DNA of 61,874 nucleotides from a virus (Duplodnaviria > Caudoviricetes), in IMG/VR virus record IMGVR_UViG_3300025598_000044, positions 1 through 61,874 of that record; one strand, given 5' to 3'. This document shows positions 46,101 to 55,024 of the stretch, one piece after another. The position numbers and the translations under genes were made by a program. The number at the start of each line of letters is the position of its first letter. Within the stretch, counting starts at the first letter, position 1. A model generated the notes under the pieces. That model saw only the letters and a program-made list of their open reading frames with translations. It was not told where the DNA came from and searched no databases.

Positions 46101-49100
46101 ATTGTTCTTTAGCCACTCATCCGCAGCCTTCCGCATCGACGGATTTTCGTACATCTTGTTGAGTACGCTGTCGAGATCACCCCTAAACTTTTTTTCTAGC
46201 CCGTAGTGTCCCAACGATTCATGAAATACGGTAGCTATAACGCCTTCTAATGACGGTGCATTTTCGCTGATGACGTGCACGGTCTTAGTGGCGCGATCAT
46301 AGAAGCCGGGAGTGTTGTCAGGCACTTTGTCCTGTAAATGCGCGGGAAGATCCTCCCGGCTACGCACCACATTCACGTCAGGCGCATTCTTCCAACCCTT
46401 AGTCGCTTCTTTGGCGGCAGCAACCGCATCTTCATGGGCAATCGCGCCTTTTTTTGTAGTGCCACGTTGAAACAACAGTTCATTCGGTTCGTCCGGGTTG
46501 AAGTTAAGATCAACCCCGTGTTCAGCAAGCAAGCGGTCAGCTTCAGCCTCAAGCTCATCAAGAGTTTTCTTTTGCTCTTTCTTGCGTATTTTTTCTTCTG
46601 TACGTTTGGTTTCACGTTCCGCGATTCGTTCGGCGGCTTTGTTCTGAAGCAGCTTTTCAACGCGAGCAAGATCGGGCGTCCGCTTCTTCAGTTCATCCTT
46701 AATCTCTTCATACGTCTTGAATGAAATCTTGCCATTCTCATACGCTTCAATGGCAGCGTCTCTAAACTTTCCGGCACGCTCTTGAGGGCTAGGCGCAGCC
46801 TCAGTATCCGGATGCGGCCTTCTACCAAACAGTTTTTGAATGGCCCGCAGTCGTTCTTTGGGGCCAACAAGATTAAGCACGCCACTTCGCGCTGCTTCTT
46901 CACGCAACTCTTCGGGGGATTTCTTACTCTGCGCCTCCAACCATTCTTTGGTTTTTTCGCGGCTGTAAGGTTCTCCCTGTTGGAACTGAGGCTCAAACAA
47001 AGACCGTTGATACGGAGCAGAGCCGTAATTCGGTTCGGCCAATGGTGGTTCGGCTTCAGGATGGACGTACCCACGCATTCTACCAGCGGGCATGTCCAGT
47101 TCCATTTGCGGCGATTTTTCTTCAACCGCGCGTTGTTTTTCCGGAAGCGCTTCACCCTTACCGCCAATTTCGGCGCGGATTTGTTCCATCATATCCGACA
47201 ATTGTTTTACAGGAGGTGTGGAAGCAATCTTCTCCCGTGATGGGAGCATCTTTTCTATCTGATCAAGAATCTTGGGGTCATCGTTCTTTGTGAACTTGAA
47301 CCCGTTGGTCATCTCACCAATTTTGTCGTACGTCTTATCGGTAATGAGGCCGGTTCTGTTGAAGTATCCTTCTTCCAGACGATCCATAAGCTCAAGATAA
47401 CGATCAGCCACGCTAGTAGGCTTAACAGGTTCCGGGGCTTTGAGCTTTACTGGTTTAACAGTAGGGGCAGCTTCTTTGCCGATAACATTGTTGCCTTTGT
47501 CCGTAATGCCGCGATTACGCAGATCGCCCATGAATTGCAAAGCTTTTGTACGAGTAGCGCCCGTGGCCTTTTGGATCACCGGAACCGTCGCCTTGCCTTG
47601 CGCCATGATCGCTTCAAACGCTTTATTGTACGTTTCCGAATCGAACGTCTCGCCTTCCGCAGCAGGTGCGGTGACGGCGGCGGGAGTAATCACTTCAGGT
47701 TCGGCAGGTGGGGCAGCTTTCTTTTTCTTTGCCTCACGCGCAGCTTTGGCATCATCTTTGGCTTTCTGTTTAGCGGCAATGAAGTCCTGCGCAGCCTTCT
47801 GTTTCTTCAATGCTTCCTGACGGAAGAACTCCGCTTGCGGGTCATTGAGATACGGGGGCGCTAGGTTCTCAGGAGTAGTACCTGTATAGACTCTGCCCTG
47901 CGGATCGACATGCAACGTCGCGCCAAACAAATCTCGCTGCTGATCGGATACTTCCGGGGTCGCTTCCGGCGGCGGGGCTTCCGGTTCAGGCGCACGCGAC
48001 GTGCCGCCAAAAATGTCGAACTGCGAACCTTCCGGCAATGCGGAAAGTTGTTGCTGAACCGCCGCCTTACGAGCTACATCAATTTCATTTCGGTCAGGCA
48101 GAACAGTTGATGCCGTGCCTGTTTCATCTACATATAATGAAGGTTGTTCGGGCGTCGTACCAAACAACTCCATCTGCCGTTTCGATACATACGGAGCTTC
48201 CGCAGGAGCGGCTTGTTCAGACGGAACTTCATTGAGCGCGGCACGGGGGCGTTCGCCTTCATTCACGAACGAATACTGCGCATTTTCAGGAACGACCGAA
48301 TACCGACCAGATTTGTCGTCGTAGGTCAGATAGCCTTCGTTGACGAGGCGTTCCATTTCGGCTTTGGCCGTTTTGTGGTCAAGTCCTGTGGCGTCTCTGA
48401 ATTGCTTGATGGTGGGACTCTTTTTAAGGACATCCATCACCATGTCGCGGAATAGCGATTCCTCCTTCGTAGTGCTAGGAGGCGGGGGCGGGGTAGGTTC
48501 TTGTGCCGTGGATTCACCAGTAGGTTCTTCAGGAACAAACTGATGCGCACGCGGATCGTACATAGGTTCCGCGCCAATAGTTCGACGCGCGGCATTCCCA
48601 ACTGCACGGCCCAATGTGGTAGGAGTATTGGATAGCCCGCCAAGCAGCGCTTGTTCGGCAACGTCCGTCCAGTCAATTGGCTGTCCGGTAACTCCTTGTT
48701 GGACTATATCTCCAGCAGCGCCCATGCCCGCACCGGTAAACGCCGCCTTACGAGCGGCAGCAACTTCTTCTGCCGTACCCTTGCCAAGCAACGCGGCGGT
48801 ACCCGATAGAGTCGGGCGAATCAACGCTAGGTTGGGGGCAGCTTCACCGAGACGCGCAGCAATCGGATGCGCTTTCTCTTCCGCAAGCAATGTCTCCGGG
48901 TCGATCTTGAGTCTCTTGGCAGTTTCAGGTAGCGCGTCAATTGCAGCCTGCTGTGCTTTACCAGCAAGCCATCCAGCCGGAATAGCACCCGCCAACGCAG
49001 CGAGTCCTTCGACACCGACACCCAGCAGGGGGTTGATTGCCGCCGCGCTAAGAGCCAACGGAGCCGCCGCTCCCGCCGCAAGTTCTGCGCCCGCAAACCC

Positions 49101-49346
49101 ACCCGCAGCAGGTAACGCGCCAAGTGCGGCGCGTTTGGCAAACGTAGCTCCAGCACCCGATTTAGGCGAGGCCGGTTGCGGTACGGTGCTTTCCCTGAAC
49201 TGACGATATGCGGGCCACATATCTTCTGGATTGAGCTTAGGAGCAACCACATCGTGAAAGTATTGATCACGAGCTTCTGATTGTTCTTCAGGACTAAGCG
49301 CCTGATAAGAGGCACTTGCCGCAACTTCAGGCCACGACTTAGGCAT
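43125..49346 (-). CDS. Giant internal virion (ejection) protein, polyvalent type, 2073 aa
   Basis: Last gene of the ejection cluster; GFY...FHESLGHYG..EEVLA zincin-like domain, two winged-helix-like segments and hydrophobic C-terminal helices. Confidence 0.75.
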   Translation of the reverse strand: MPKSWPEVAASASYQALSPEEQSEARDQYFHDVVAPKLNPEDMWPAYRQFRESTVPQPASPKSGAGATFAKRAALGALPAAGGFAGAELAAGAAAPLALSAAAINPLLGVGVEGLAALAGAIPAGWLAGKAQQAAIDALPETAKRLKIDPETLLAEEKAHPIAARLGEAAPNLALIRPTLSGTAALLGKGTAEEVAAARKAAFTGAGMGAAGDIVQQGVTGQPIDWTDVAEQALLGGLSNTPTTLGRAVGNAARRTIGAEPMYDPRAHQFVPEEPTGESTAQEPTPPPPPSTTKEESLFRDMVMDVLKKSPTIKQFRDATGLDHKTAKAEMERLVNEGYLTYDDKSGRYSVVPENAQYSFVNEGERPRAALNEVPSEQAAPAEAPYVSKRQMELFGTTPEQPSLYVDETGTASTVLPDRNEIDVARKAAVQQQLSALPEGSQFDIFGGTSRAPEPEAPPPEATPEVSDQQRDLFGATLHVDPQGRVYTGTTPENLAPPYLNDPQAEFFRQEALKKQKAAQDFIAAKQKAKDDAKAAREAKKKKAAPPAEPEVITPAAVTAPAAEGETFDSETYNKAFEAIMAQGKATVPVIQKATGATRTKALQFMGDLRNRGITDKGNNVIGKEAAPTVKPVKLKAPEPVKPTSVADRYLELMDRLEEGYFNRTGLITDKTYDKIGEMTNGFKFTKNDDPKILDQIEKMLPSREKIASTPPVKQLSDMMEQIRAEIGGKGEALPEKQRAVEEKSPQMELDMPAGRMRGYVHPEAEPPLAEPNYGSAPYQRSLFEPQFQQGEPYSREKTKEWLEAQSKKSPEELREEAARSGVLNLVGPKERLRAIQKLFGRRPHPDTEAAPSPQERAGKFRDAAIEAYENGKISFKTYEEIKDELKKRTPDLARVEKLLQNKAAERIAERETKRTEEKIRKKEQKKTLDELEAEADRLLAEHGVDLNFNPDEPNELLFQRGTTKKGAIAHEDAVAAAKEATKGWKNAPDVNVVRSREDLPAHLQDKVPDNTPGFYDRATKTVHVISENAPSLEGVIATVFHESLGHYGLEKKFRGDLDSVLNKMYENPSMRKAADEWLKNNPDTYKHLNTDLQKARAVEEVLAERSEGGPTTESGLRGVFNRVAAWVRDWIRSAKQFFGSDLKYSDNDITQILRQAHEGVQGSATLTIDTVFDPVSRTKLNPEAQREADLRFMRSYVSEDDTKPSATREMMERGREVLSTASPALRRGLLSGMSVNQIANEYEKVVPSLRTRHDVLNKKGAALRKDQKAIADNVIAAHEVFKKYSLAQKQKMFDIMNRTTVDQTEVLDDAKRGWVADKTSPLYKEFKALPENVQDVYRKMRETYHEQSNATLQFLSTIMTPSQYQRLVMNWKSNRLRVYLPLFRSGDHWVSYTDKSGEFVKRSFETPRERELAIAQAKQEGAKDIERYNNLQHMIKGAPPAGFFGEVVTALRKAKVSDSVIENVVDSYLKLLPAKSTLQMTRTRKNTAGYEQDVVKSYANVATAQAYHINNMKYNHELEGVMGNIRKELMDAANLHETNSDNPKGLDVDVASALMDNVEQSHQGMLKPNSNSVLSGVQYFNYLQYLAGNVSTAFVALSHLPTVVYPVLGRIRGFDAAAKAMWNAGKYSTNYHFNEGKNIPPEIANVIKRGIDDGVLGERRAEDIAEFKTSGTTRYVGIKARADAIFNKMLGTADKANRDTTLLAAYELHKDALSGKLSGEALQEEAYKRAKQEVYNTLGSAYSSAGANMMQHPIAKLFLTFKQFALNREYMLYKSFKDLTKGESPEVRKAALMQTLGFFAMGGLFAGVQGMPLVGWGELFAKLANDVAGGDDTFDPEEMVKQSVGTLAYKGPINYFLNLNVADRTGWDNMIWRDDEKRRNDVGFLGFAAEKALGPTYSFVTQNAPNAWHHFSEGHFERGLEDVIPKFASNAMKGVRLGLEGATNKDGIPLKHDVNGYNAFMQILGFAPDDLAEMQRENMNRTGMEKKIENSRKTLLTRAALARMTGDDEGFDETLERIEEFNSRHPGAAISGANLSSNILNHYKRLAESVNGISLRPKLRSEIMSAYPDEEE

Positions 49347-49349
49347 GGT

Positions 49350-51215
49350 TTATTTCCAGTTTGCGCTGTAGTCTTTGGTTGGCGCTCCGGGGGTTGGCGT
49401 ACTGATACCCGCGTGCTGCATAGCGGCACTGTTCCACGCGTTGTAATAAGCCAGAGCTTCTTTATATTCCGTTTCGATCTGATTCAACATTGCTGGGTTG
49501 TTTTTGGCAACCAATTGTGCATTGTCGTATGCTTTTTTGGCGTTGGCCAGTCGTTGATCTGCGCCGACCATGCCGTATTGAATGAATTTACCCTTTTCAG
49601 CGGCATCAGCTTTTATGTACTGCGCCTGAATCGTATCGTTGTATTGCTTCGACCTAGCGTTCAGCCCAGCTTCCTGCACCAGCGTACGGACGTTCGCAGC
49701 GTGCTCTTGCGCCTTGAACTTAGCCAAGTCTCCGACCATTGCAGAGTAGTTGCGCTGATCCGCGCCATACTCACGAGACGCATCGCGCAACATTTCGGAA
49801 TCTTCACGGCGCTGCGCGTCGGCAAGCCTGAATTTGTCTTCCGCGATCTTCTGCTGCGCGGCCATGAGACCCTGTTGAATATGCGGCACAGCCTGAGAGT
49901 AAGACAGCCCGCCAGTGGCGGCAGCATTGAGGAACTTGGTAAGCCCGTTACCCGCCTGCCCCGGCTGGCCCGCAGCCATCGCCATGTTGAAGAATGCGCC
50001 TGCCCGCGCCATACGCATCTGAGATTCAGCGTTCATCTTTGCCATGCCAGACTGCGCGTCAAGCGCTTTCTTGTACTCTTCCACGCCAGCGTTCGGTCCC
50101 AGCGCTTCACGCTGCTCTCTTATACGATCCGCAATCGACTTAGGCTGCGCATCCCTGATGTGTTGTTCCAAAGAAGCAATCAACGGGTCTTTGCTTTCAT
50201 CCAGATTCATACCGCCAATACGAAGAACGTTTTTGGTTTGTTCCGAAACATTCGCAGCATTTGGCGCGGTGGGAGCCGCATTAGTCGGCGGAGTATTGGT
50301 GGGAGCCGCAGGGGGCGTACCCGCAGGAGCTGCTGCATTAGGAGGTACAGACGGCGCAGCGCCACTTGCTGCGGCCTGTCGAGCAGCAAGAACTTCCGGA
50401 GGAATAGGTGCCTGATTTTGCGAGGGGTTGCGGAAAGCTTGTTCTCGTTGCCGTAGCCTTTCTTCATAGCTGGAAGGGCTGGTAAAGAGATTATTGAAGA
50501 AACTACCAATCCCGGCAGCAATCCCCGTATCAGGCGTAGTGGTTTGCATACGCTGAGTGGGATGCGCCATATACTGAGACTGCGCGTATTCTTTTTCTAC
50601 GTCGTTCAACGGGCGATTGGAGCGAGATACAAGCGAACCATACTCGCCCATATTGGGCACTGCCCCAAGATTATGCAGCTTGCCGCTTGCGTCGATTGCC
50701 ATGTTCAAGGGGCGACCCTGTTCATCATGGGCTAGCATGGGAGTGCCATCCGCGCCGACAGGATCCGTAGAAGCTTCTACGCCGTAAGGACCGCCAGCAT
50801 TGCCACCCGTAGCAAGCGCAACGACGCCACCTTTGGCCATACCTTTTGGTTTACCAAATGAGTACAGATCCGGGTTGACCGGAAGATCCGCGACTCCGCC
50901 CTGACGAGCTTGATCGGCAGCGTGCTGCTGGACGGCTTGCATCGCTTGCGGGGCCACTTGCTGCGCCATCTGTTGAGGCATCTGCTGGAACATCTGATGG
51001 GTGTTCTGCAACACATTAGGCTGCGGACCCATAGCGCCTTGAATAGCCTGTTGCGTCTGTGCGGCACGCTTCAACTGAGCGGCTTCCAGTACGCCAATGG
51101 CGAGCGCCTGATTCAAACCATGCGAAGCAAGGTATTGCAACGCGCTAGCAGGGTCCATACCCGCAATGGCTTCGGACGCTTTCTGATATGCCGGATCACT
51201 AGCAAGAATACTCAT
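49350..51215 (-). CDS. Internal virion / ejection protein (621 aa)
   Basis: Ala/Gln-rich and helical; GMAKGGVVALATGG motif; synteny. Confidence 0.65.
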   Translation of the reverse strand: MSILASDPAYQKASEAIAGMDPASALQYLASHGLNQALAIGVLEAAQLKRAAQTQQAIQGAMGPQPNVLQNTHQMFQQMPQQMAQQVAPQAMQAVQQHAADQARQGGVADLPVNPDLYSFGKPKGMAKGGVVALATGGNAGGPYGVEASTDPVGADGTPMLAHDEQGRPLNMAIDASGKLHNLGAVPNMGEYGSLVSRSNRPLNDVEKEYAQSQYMAHPTQRMQTTTPDTGIAAGIGSFFNNLFTSPSSYEERLRQREQAFRNPSQNQAPIPPEVLAARQAAASGAAPSVPPNAAAPAGTPPAAPTNTPPTNAAPTAPNAANVSEQTKNVLRIGGMNLDESKDPLIASLEQHIRDAQPKSIADRIREQREALGPNAGVEEYKKALDAQSGMAKMNAESQMRMARAGAFFNMAMAAGQPGQAGNGLTKFLNAAATGGLSYSQAVPHIQQGLMAAQQKIAEDKFRLADAQRREDSEMLRDASREYGADQRNYSAMVGDLAKFKAQEHAANVRTLVQEAGLNARSKQYNDTIQAQYIKADAAEKGKFIQYGMVGADQRLANAKKAYDNAQLVAKNNPAMLNQIETEYKEALAYYNAWNSAAMQHAGISTPTPGAPTKDYSANWK

Positions 51216-52147
51216 GCTGCCGCCCCCGCGCCCATACCACCAAACAAGCTTGCCATGCCACCGCCAAGACCAACCGCCTGTCCCAACGCGCTGCCCGGAG
51301 ACATATACGTGGACGACGTGCTTTGCTGGCCCAACGCTCCCGGCGACGTGCCGTGGAGGATACCCGACAAAAACGCTTGCTGCGCGTACGGATAATTGAC
51401 GTAGTTCTGGAAGTTCTGATTGAGCGCATTGTTGACCGCTTGCGACAACTGCTGCTGTTGAGTACCAAGAGCGTTCTGCCCCTGCGTGATACCCATCTGC
51501 TGCGCATACTGGTTCTGGCCAAGCAAACCCAACGCCTGTGCCGCGCCAAGCCCCATCTGCTGTTGGTTTTGCAACGCGCCCTGCGCGTTCTGATAACCAC
51601 TCTGAAGCCCAGCAGCCGTGATGCCCTGCAACTGGCTCTGAAGGTTTCGATTGGCTTCGGACTGCATCAACGCTTCGCGCGATCCACCCAAACCACCGAC
51701 GTTGGCAGCGGCGGATCCCAACTGCGGGAGGCTACGTGCGTAGTCCGCGATAGCCTGATTCTGCTGCTGGTTGATGACGTTCTGCGTATATGGAGACAGG
51801 TAGTTCTGGATGTTCTGCTGATACCGCGACGGATCCATCGCCTGAGCGCCAACCAGCCCCGCCATACCAGACGCTTGCTGCGTCTGCGGCGACACACCCA
51901 TTCGCTGCATGTTTTGCATGGCTTGCACTTGCAACGGGGTCATCCCGGCAACGGTCGTACCTTGAATACCCTGACCACCAGCAGCCGCGTTACCAATATA
52001 GGACTGGTACGGGTTCTGGCTTGTATTCGTTAGCGCAAGCGCTTGACCAGCAAGCTGCTGTACCGGACCTTGCAAATAGGTCGGTAGGTTGGTGTTGTAG
52101 ACTGTCGATTGTGTGGGTTGACTAGACCCGCCGCCACCGCTGCACAT
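51212..52147 (-). CDS. DNA ejection pilot protein
   Basis: MCSGGGG start, Gln-rich repeats, Y.SPY...V, GGSR, and Gly-rich hydrophobic C-terminus. Confidence 0.7.
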   Translation of the reverse strand: MCSGGGGSSQPTQSTVYNTNLPTYLQGPVQQLAGQALALTNTSQNPYQSYIGNAAAGGQGIQGTTVAGMTPLQVQAMQNMQRMGVSPQTQQASGMAGLVGAQAMDPSRYQQNIQNYLSPYTQNVINQQQNQAIADYARSLPQLGSAAANVGGLGGSREALMQSEANRNLQSQLQGITAAGLQSGYQNAQGALQNQQQMGLGAAQALGLLGQNQYAQQMGITQGQNALGTQQQQLSQAVNNALNQNFQNYVNYPYAQQAFLSGILHGTSPGALGQQSTSSTYMSPGSALGQAVGLGGGMASLFGGMGAGAAA

Positions 52148-52150
52148 AAC

Positions 52151-52519
52151 TCACCTCAAAACAATGTGGTAGGGGATCGGGAAATGAAGCGTGTCGTCCA
52201 TGCTTCCTGTACGCCGATCCATAGGCAGGTTTCTAAACGGCGCAGGTACGCCATACAAAAACCGATTGAAAATAACCGTGTTATTCTCAAGCGCCAAGAC
52301 TTCATGTAAAGCGCTCCAATCAAGCGCGTGGTGTTCGCCTTCAACCAAAACGACTGACGGCATATCACCCGACACGCGAACTGCGCCTTTCATGACCAGA
52401 ATATCGTGCGCGGTATCTTCCTCATGCACATGTGCCATGAGACCTTCACCACGTTTATCGAAAGCGTAAAGGATGCCCTCCAAGCCTCCGAGTTGAATCA
52501 ATTGAATATGAGTTGTCAT
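52151..52519 (-). CDS. Cupin-fold protein
   Basis: G.GL.AHVH....H..LV.KG.V.V and H.V.ALE.NT..F. Confidence 0.7.
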   Translation of the reverse strand: MTTHIQLIQLGGLEGILYAFDKRGEGLMAHVHEEDTAHDILVMKGAVRVSGDMPSVVLVEGEHHALDWSALHEVLALENNTVIFNRFLYGVPAPFRNLPMDRRTGSMDDTLHFPIPYHIVLR

Positions 52520-52947
52520 CGGAAGAACTTCTCATAGACCACAGTCTGCGACGTGCAACCATGCTTGCGAGCATGATTCCGCCAACCGGGACGCCCAAAG
52601 AATTCAATCCCCTGACAGCCCTGATCTTTTGCAAACTTCTCCAATTCCGTAAACACCAGATCCCCAGATAAATCAAGCACTCCCTCATCGCCTGCGCTGT
52701 ACTGAAATACCAGCATCTTGCACAGGGGATACTGCTTGATCTCCGTGATGACATAACCCCAAACGTCTTCCGTCTCAGGATCATGTACCGCCCACAACTG
52801 CATGTGCATCGTGTAAAGAAATCGCACGATGTCATCAATAGACGCCCGTCCCCGCGTCCACAACTCTGACTTTTTCAGGTTGTGAATAACCTTTGGCAGC
52901 ACGTAAGAGAGCTGTCCATAAGGAACGTAGGTGACGGTCAGGGCCAT
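52516..52947 (-). CDS. GNAT-like (acetyltransferase-fold) tail assembly protein
   Basis: QLW, TEI..YP..K.L and FAK..GC..IE..GR.GW; positioned before the ejection genes. Confidence 0.7.
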   Translation of the reverse strand: MALTVTYVPYGQLSYVLPKVIHNLKKSELWTRGRASIDDIVRFLYTMHMQLWAVHDPETEDVWGYVITEIKQYPLCKMLVFQYSAGDEGVLDLSGDLVFTELEKFAKDQGCQGIEFFGRPGWRNHARKHGCTSQTVVYEKFFR

Positions 52948-53276
52948 TAGCTGTTCCTGATTTGCGGGCCGTAGTGCTGCAAACCGCTAGGCTGCGGAGC
53001 AATGGAAGCAAGACCGGTGGAGGTCATTGGATTCTGAAACTGCTGTGTCTGCTGCATCGGCATCTGCTGACCCGGAATACCCGCCATGCCACCGCCGACG
53101 CCGCCGAATAGTCCGCCAAGCTGCCCCACCTGACCCGGCATCTGTTGTCCTGTCATCGGCATCGTCTGACCGCCGGGAGCCGCCGGTTTACCCGCCTGAC
53201 CGCCAGCGGGAGCCATCGGACTCCGCATCATCTGCTGCCCCATCGGGGGCGTCGCCTGTCCTGCTCCACCTGCCAT
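52947..53276 (-). CDS. Low-complexity Met/Gln/Gly/Pro protein
   Basis: AGGAG RBS; stop overlaps the next ATG. Confidence 0.6.
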   Translation of the reverse strand: MAGGAGQATPPMGQQMMRSPMAPAGGQAGKPAAPGGQTMPMTGQQMPGQVGQLGGLFGGVGGGMAGIPGQQMPMQQTQQFQNPMTSTGLASIAPQPSGLQHYGPQIRNS

Positions 53277-53285
53277 GTTTATCTC

Positions 53286-55022
53286 CTAAGCCGGAATGAA
53301 TTTATCGGGGTTGATCTGACGACCCTGCTTGGGGTTGCCGGTGCGAGCCTGACGCACGCGATCCATCATCTTGTAGAGTGTACGCGAACCGGCTTCTGTA
53401 GAGCCATTCCCAAGATGGGAGACAACATCTGCCGGGATGACAAACTCACCGTCTGCCAAGGCAGCGGGTTGTGGCTTATTCCCTACAATATGTGCTGGGA
53501 TGTCATCGGACATACCATCGCCCGGACCCTTGAGCAGTCGCCCACCGTCCGAATAAGAGCCAAGGGTCGTGCCGCCGCCAGCAAACGCGTTGAGCGAACC
53601 AATCCCACCACCCGCCGCCTTGCCGCCGCCCCCACCGCCAAACCGACCAAAGCCAGAGTTTGTCTGAGTGTAAGACTGCGTGGCCGGATTCCACGTATAA
53701 GACGGCATACTGTCTCCGCCGTCTGTGCCGCTACTAAACGGACCAAACCCACCAAGGCCACTAAACCGAGGGGTTGTCGGAGTCTGCGTCGCTGACGTAG
53801 TGGTTGAGGACGGAGGCGGGGCCGTGTAGCCGTACGGGTTGGTTGCCGACTGCGGCTGCTGATTCCCCAAGAACCCCATACCGGCACCGCCAGTTGGAGT
53901 CGTCGGAGCAGTACCCGCGCTGATACCGGCCATGTACGCATTGTTGGCCGCAGGGCTGGGAGTTTGCAGGGTGGACGTGGTGTTCGCGCCGCTCATCAAA
54001 CCCTTGTAGTAATCCTGAAGATTGCTGGACGTACCGCCCGCCGCCATGTGCTTGACTGAGCCACCTTCCTTGCCGTTCACCGCATAAGGATTGACCGGTG
54101 CGATAGACCCGTACGGATTGGCAAACGAACCAAGCGGTGCGGCACCTGCGACTTGGACCTGATTAAGTCCCGGCGCACCCGTATATCCTGTCCCTGCAAA
54201 TTGCGTACTCCAGTTGCCACGTGAATACCGCTGCGTACGCGGATCGTAGGTGGTGTTGTAATACGGAGCCGCTGCGGTGTTTGCAGCGGTCATTCCCGGC
54301 TGACCTGAACTGACTGCGCCAAGAACGGATCCGGCAGCGCCCGCCATACCAAGCGGACCCATAGCCTTTCCAATAGAGCTAAGCGCCCCCGGCTGGTTCA
54401 GATTGCCAAGACCGGTCTTGAACGCTTGCCACGGGGAGTTGTTGACGGCATTAAGCGCTTGCATTTGCGCAGAACCAGCGGTTCCAGCCAATTGACCAGA
54501 AGCCACTGCGGGCATCTGCGCCACTTCTCCAGTCAACGGATTGGTAACGTCAATAGCGCTGATGCCTTGTGGCACAGCAGTTTCTGCTCCGCTTGTTATT
54601 GCATTTGCCGCAGCGTCTGACGCTGCTTTCGCGCCCACACCTTCAATGCCGCCAGCAAGGGTAGCACCGCCGTACGCGCCAAGCCCCGCCATGAGGCCCT
54701 TCTTCCAACTACCCGTGATGGCGGTATCGGCAGCGCCGGTAAGCGCAGCAGCGCCCAGCGACCCAAGCCCCGGCAGGAGAAAGTTCAGACCAAACCCTGC
54801 AACCATCGGCAAGATCGAAGACAGGAACCCTGCTTCGTATAGACCCGTATGCGGATTAACGGTTAGGTCACCGCCAGCAGCCATTGCCAACTGCTTGAGA
54901 CCACCCACTTCCTGCGGAGTCATGTGCACGAGCATTTTGTCGTCGCCACGACCAAGCGAAGCCAGTCCAAGCGCCGCGTGATGCGGGTGGTGGGCTAATG
55001 GACGCATTTCACCTGTAAACAT
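53286..55022 (-). CDS. Internal virion protein with C-terminal GPGDG.SDDIPA..LADGEFVIP domain
   Basis: N-terminal GRGDD.MLVHMTP.E..NP.TGL.E, hydrophobic segments and multiple xAxGG motifs. Confidence 0.7.
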   Translation of the reverse strand: MFTGEMRPLAHHPHHAALGLASLGRGDDKMLVHMTPQEVGGLKQLAMAAGGDLTVNPHTGLYEAGFLSSILPMVAGFGLNFLLPGLGSLGAAALTGAADTAITGSWKKGLMAGLGAYGGATLAGGIEGVGAKAASDAAANAITSGAETAVPQGISAIDVTNPLTGEVAQMPAVASGQLAGTAGSAQMQALNAVNNSPWQAFKTGLGNLNQPGALSSIGKAMGPLGMAGAAGSVLGAVSSGQPGMTAANTAAAPYYNTTYDPRTQRYSRGNWSTQFAGTGYTGAPGLNQVQVAGAAPLGSFANPYGSIAPVNPYAVNGKEGGSVKHMAAGGTSSNLQDYYKGLMSGANTTSTLQTPSPAANNAYMAGISAGTAPTTPTGGAGMGFLGNQQPQSATNPYGYTAPPPSSTTTSATQTPTTPRFSGLGGFGPFSSGTDGGDSMPSYTWNPATQSYTQTNSGFGRFGGGGGGKAAGGGIGSLNAFAGGGTTLGSYSDGGRLLKGPGDGMSDDIPAHIVGNKPQPAALADGEFVIPADVVSHLGNGSTEAGSRTLYKMMDRVRQARTGNPKQGRQINPDKFIPA

Positions 55023-55024
55023 AG

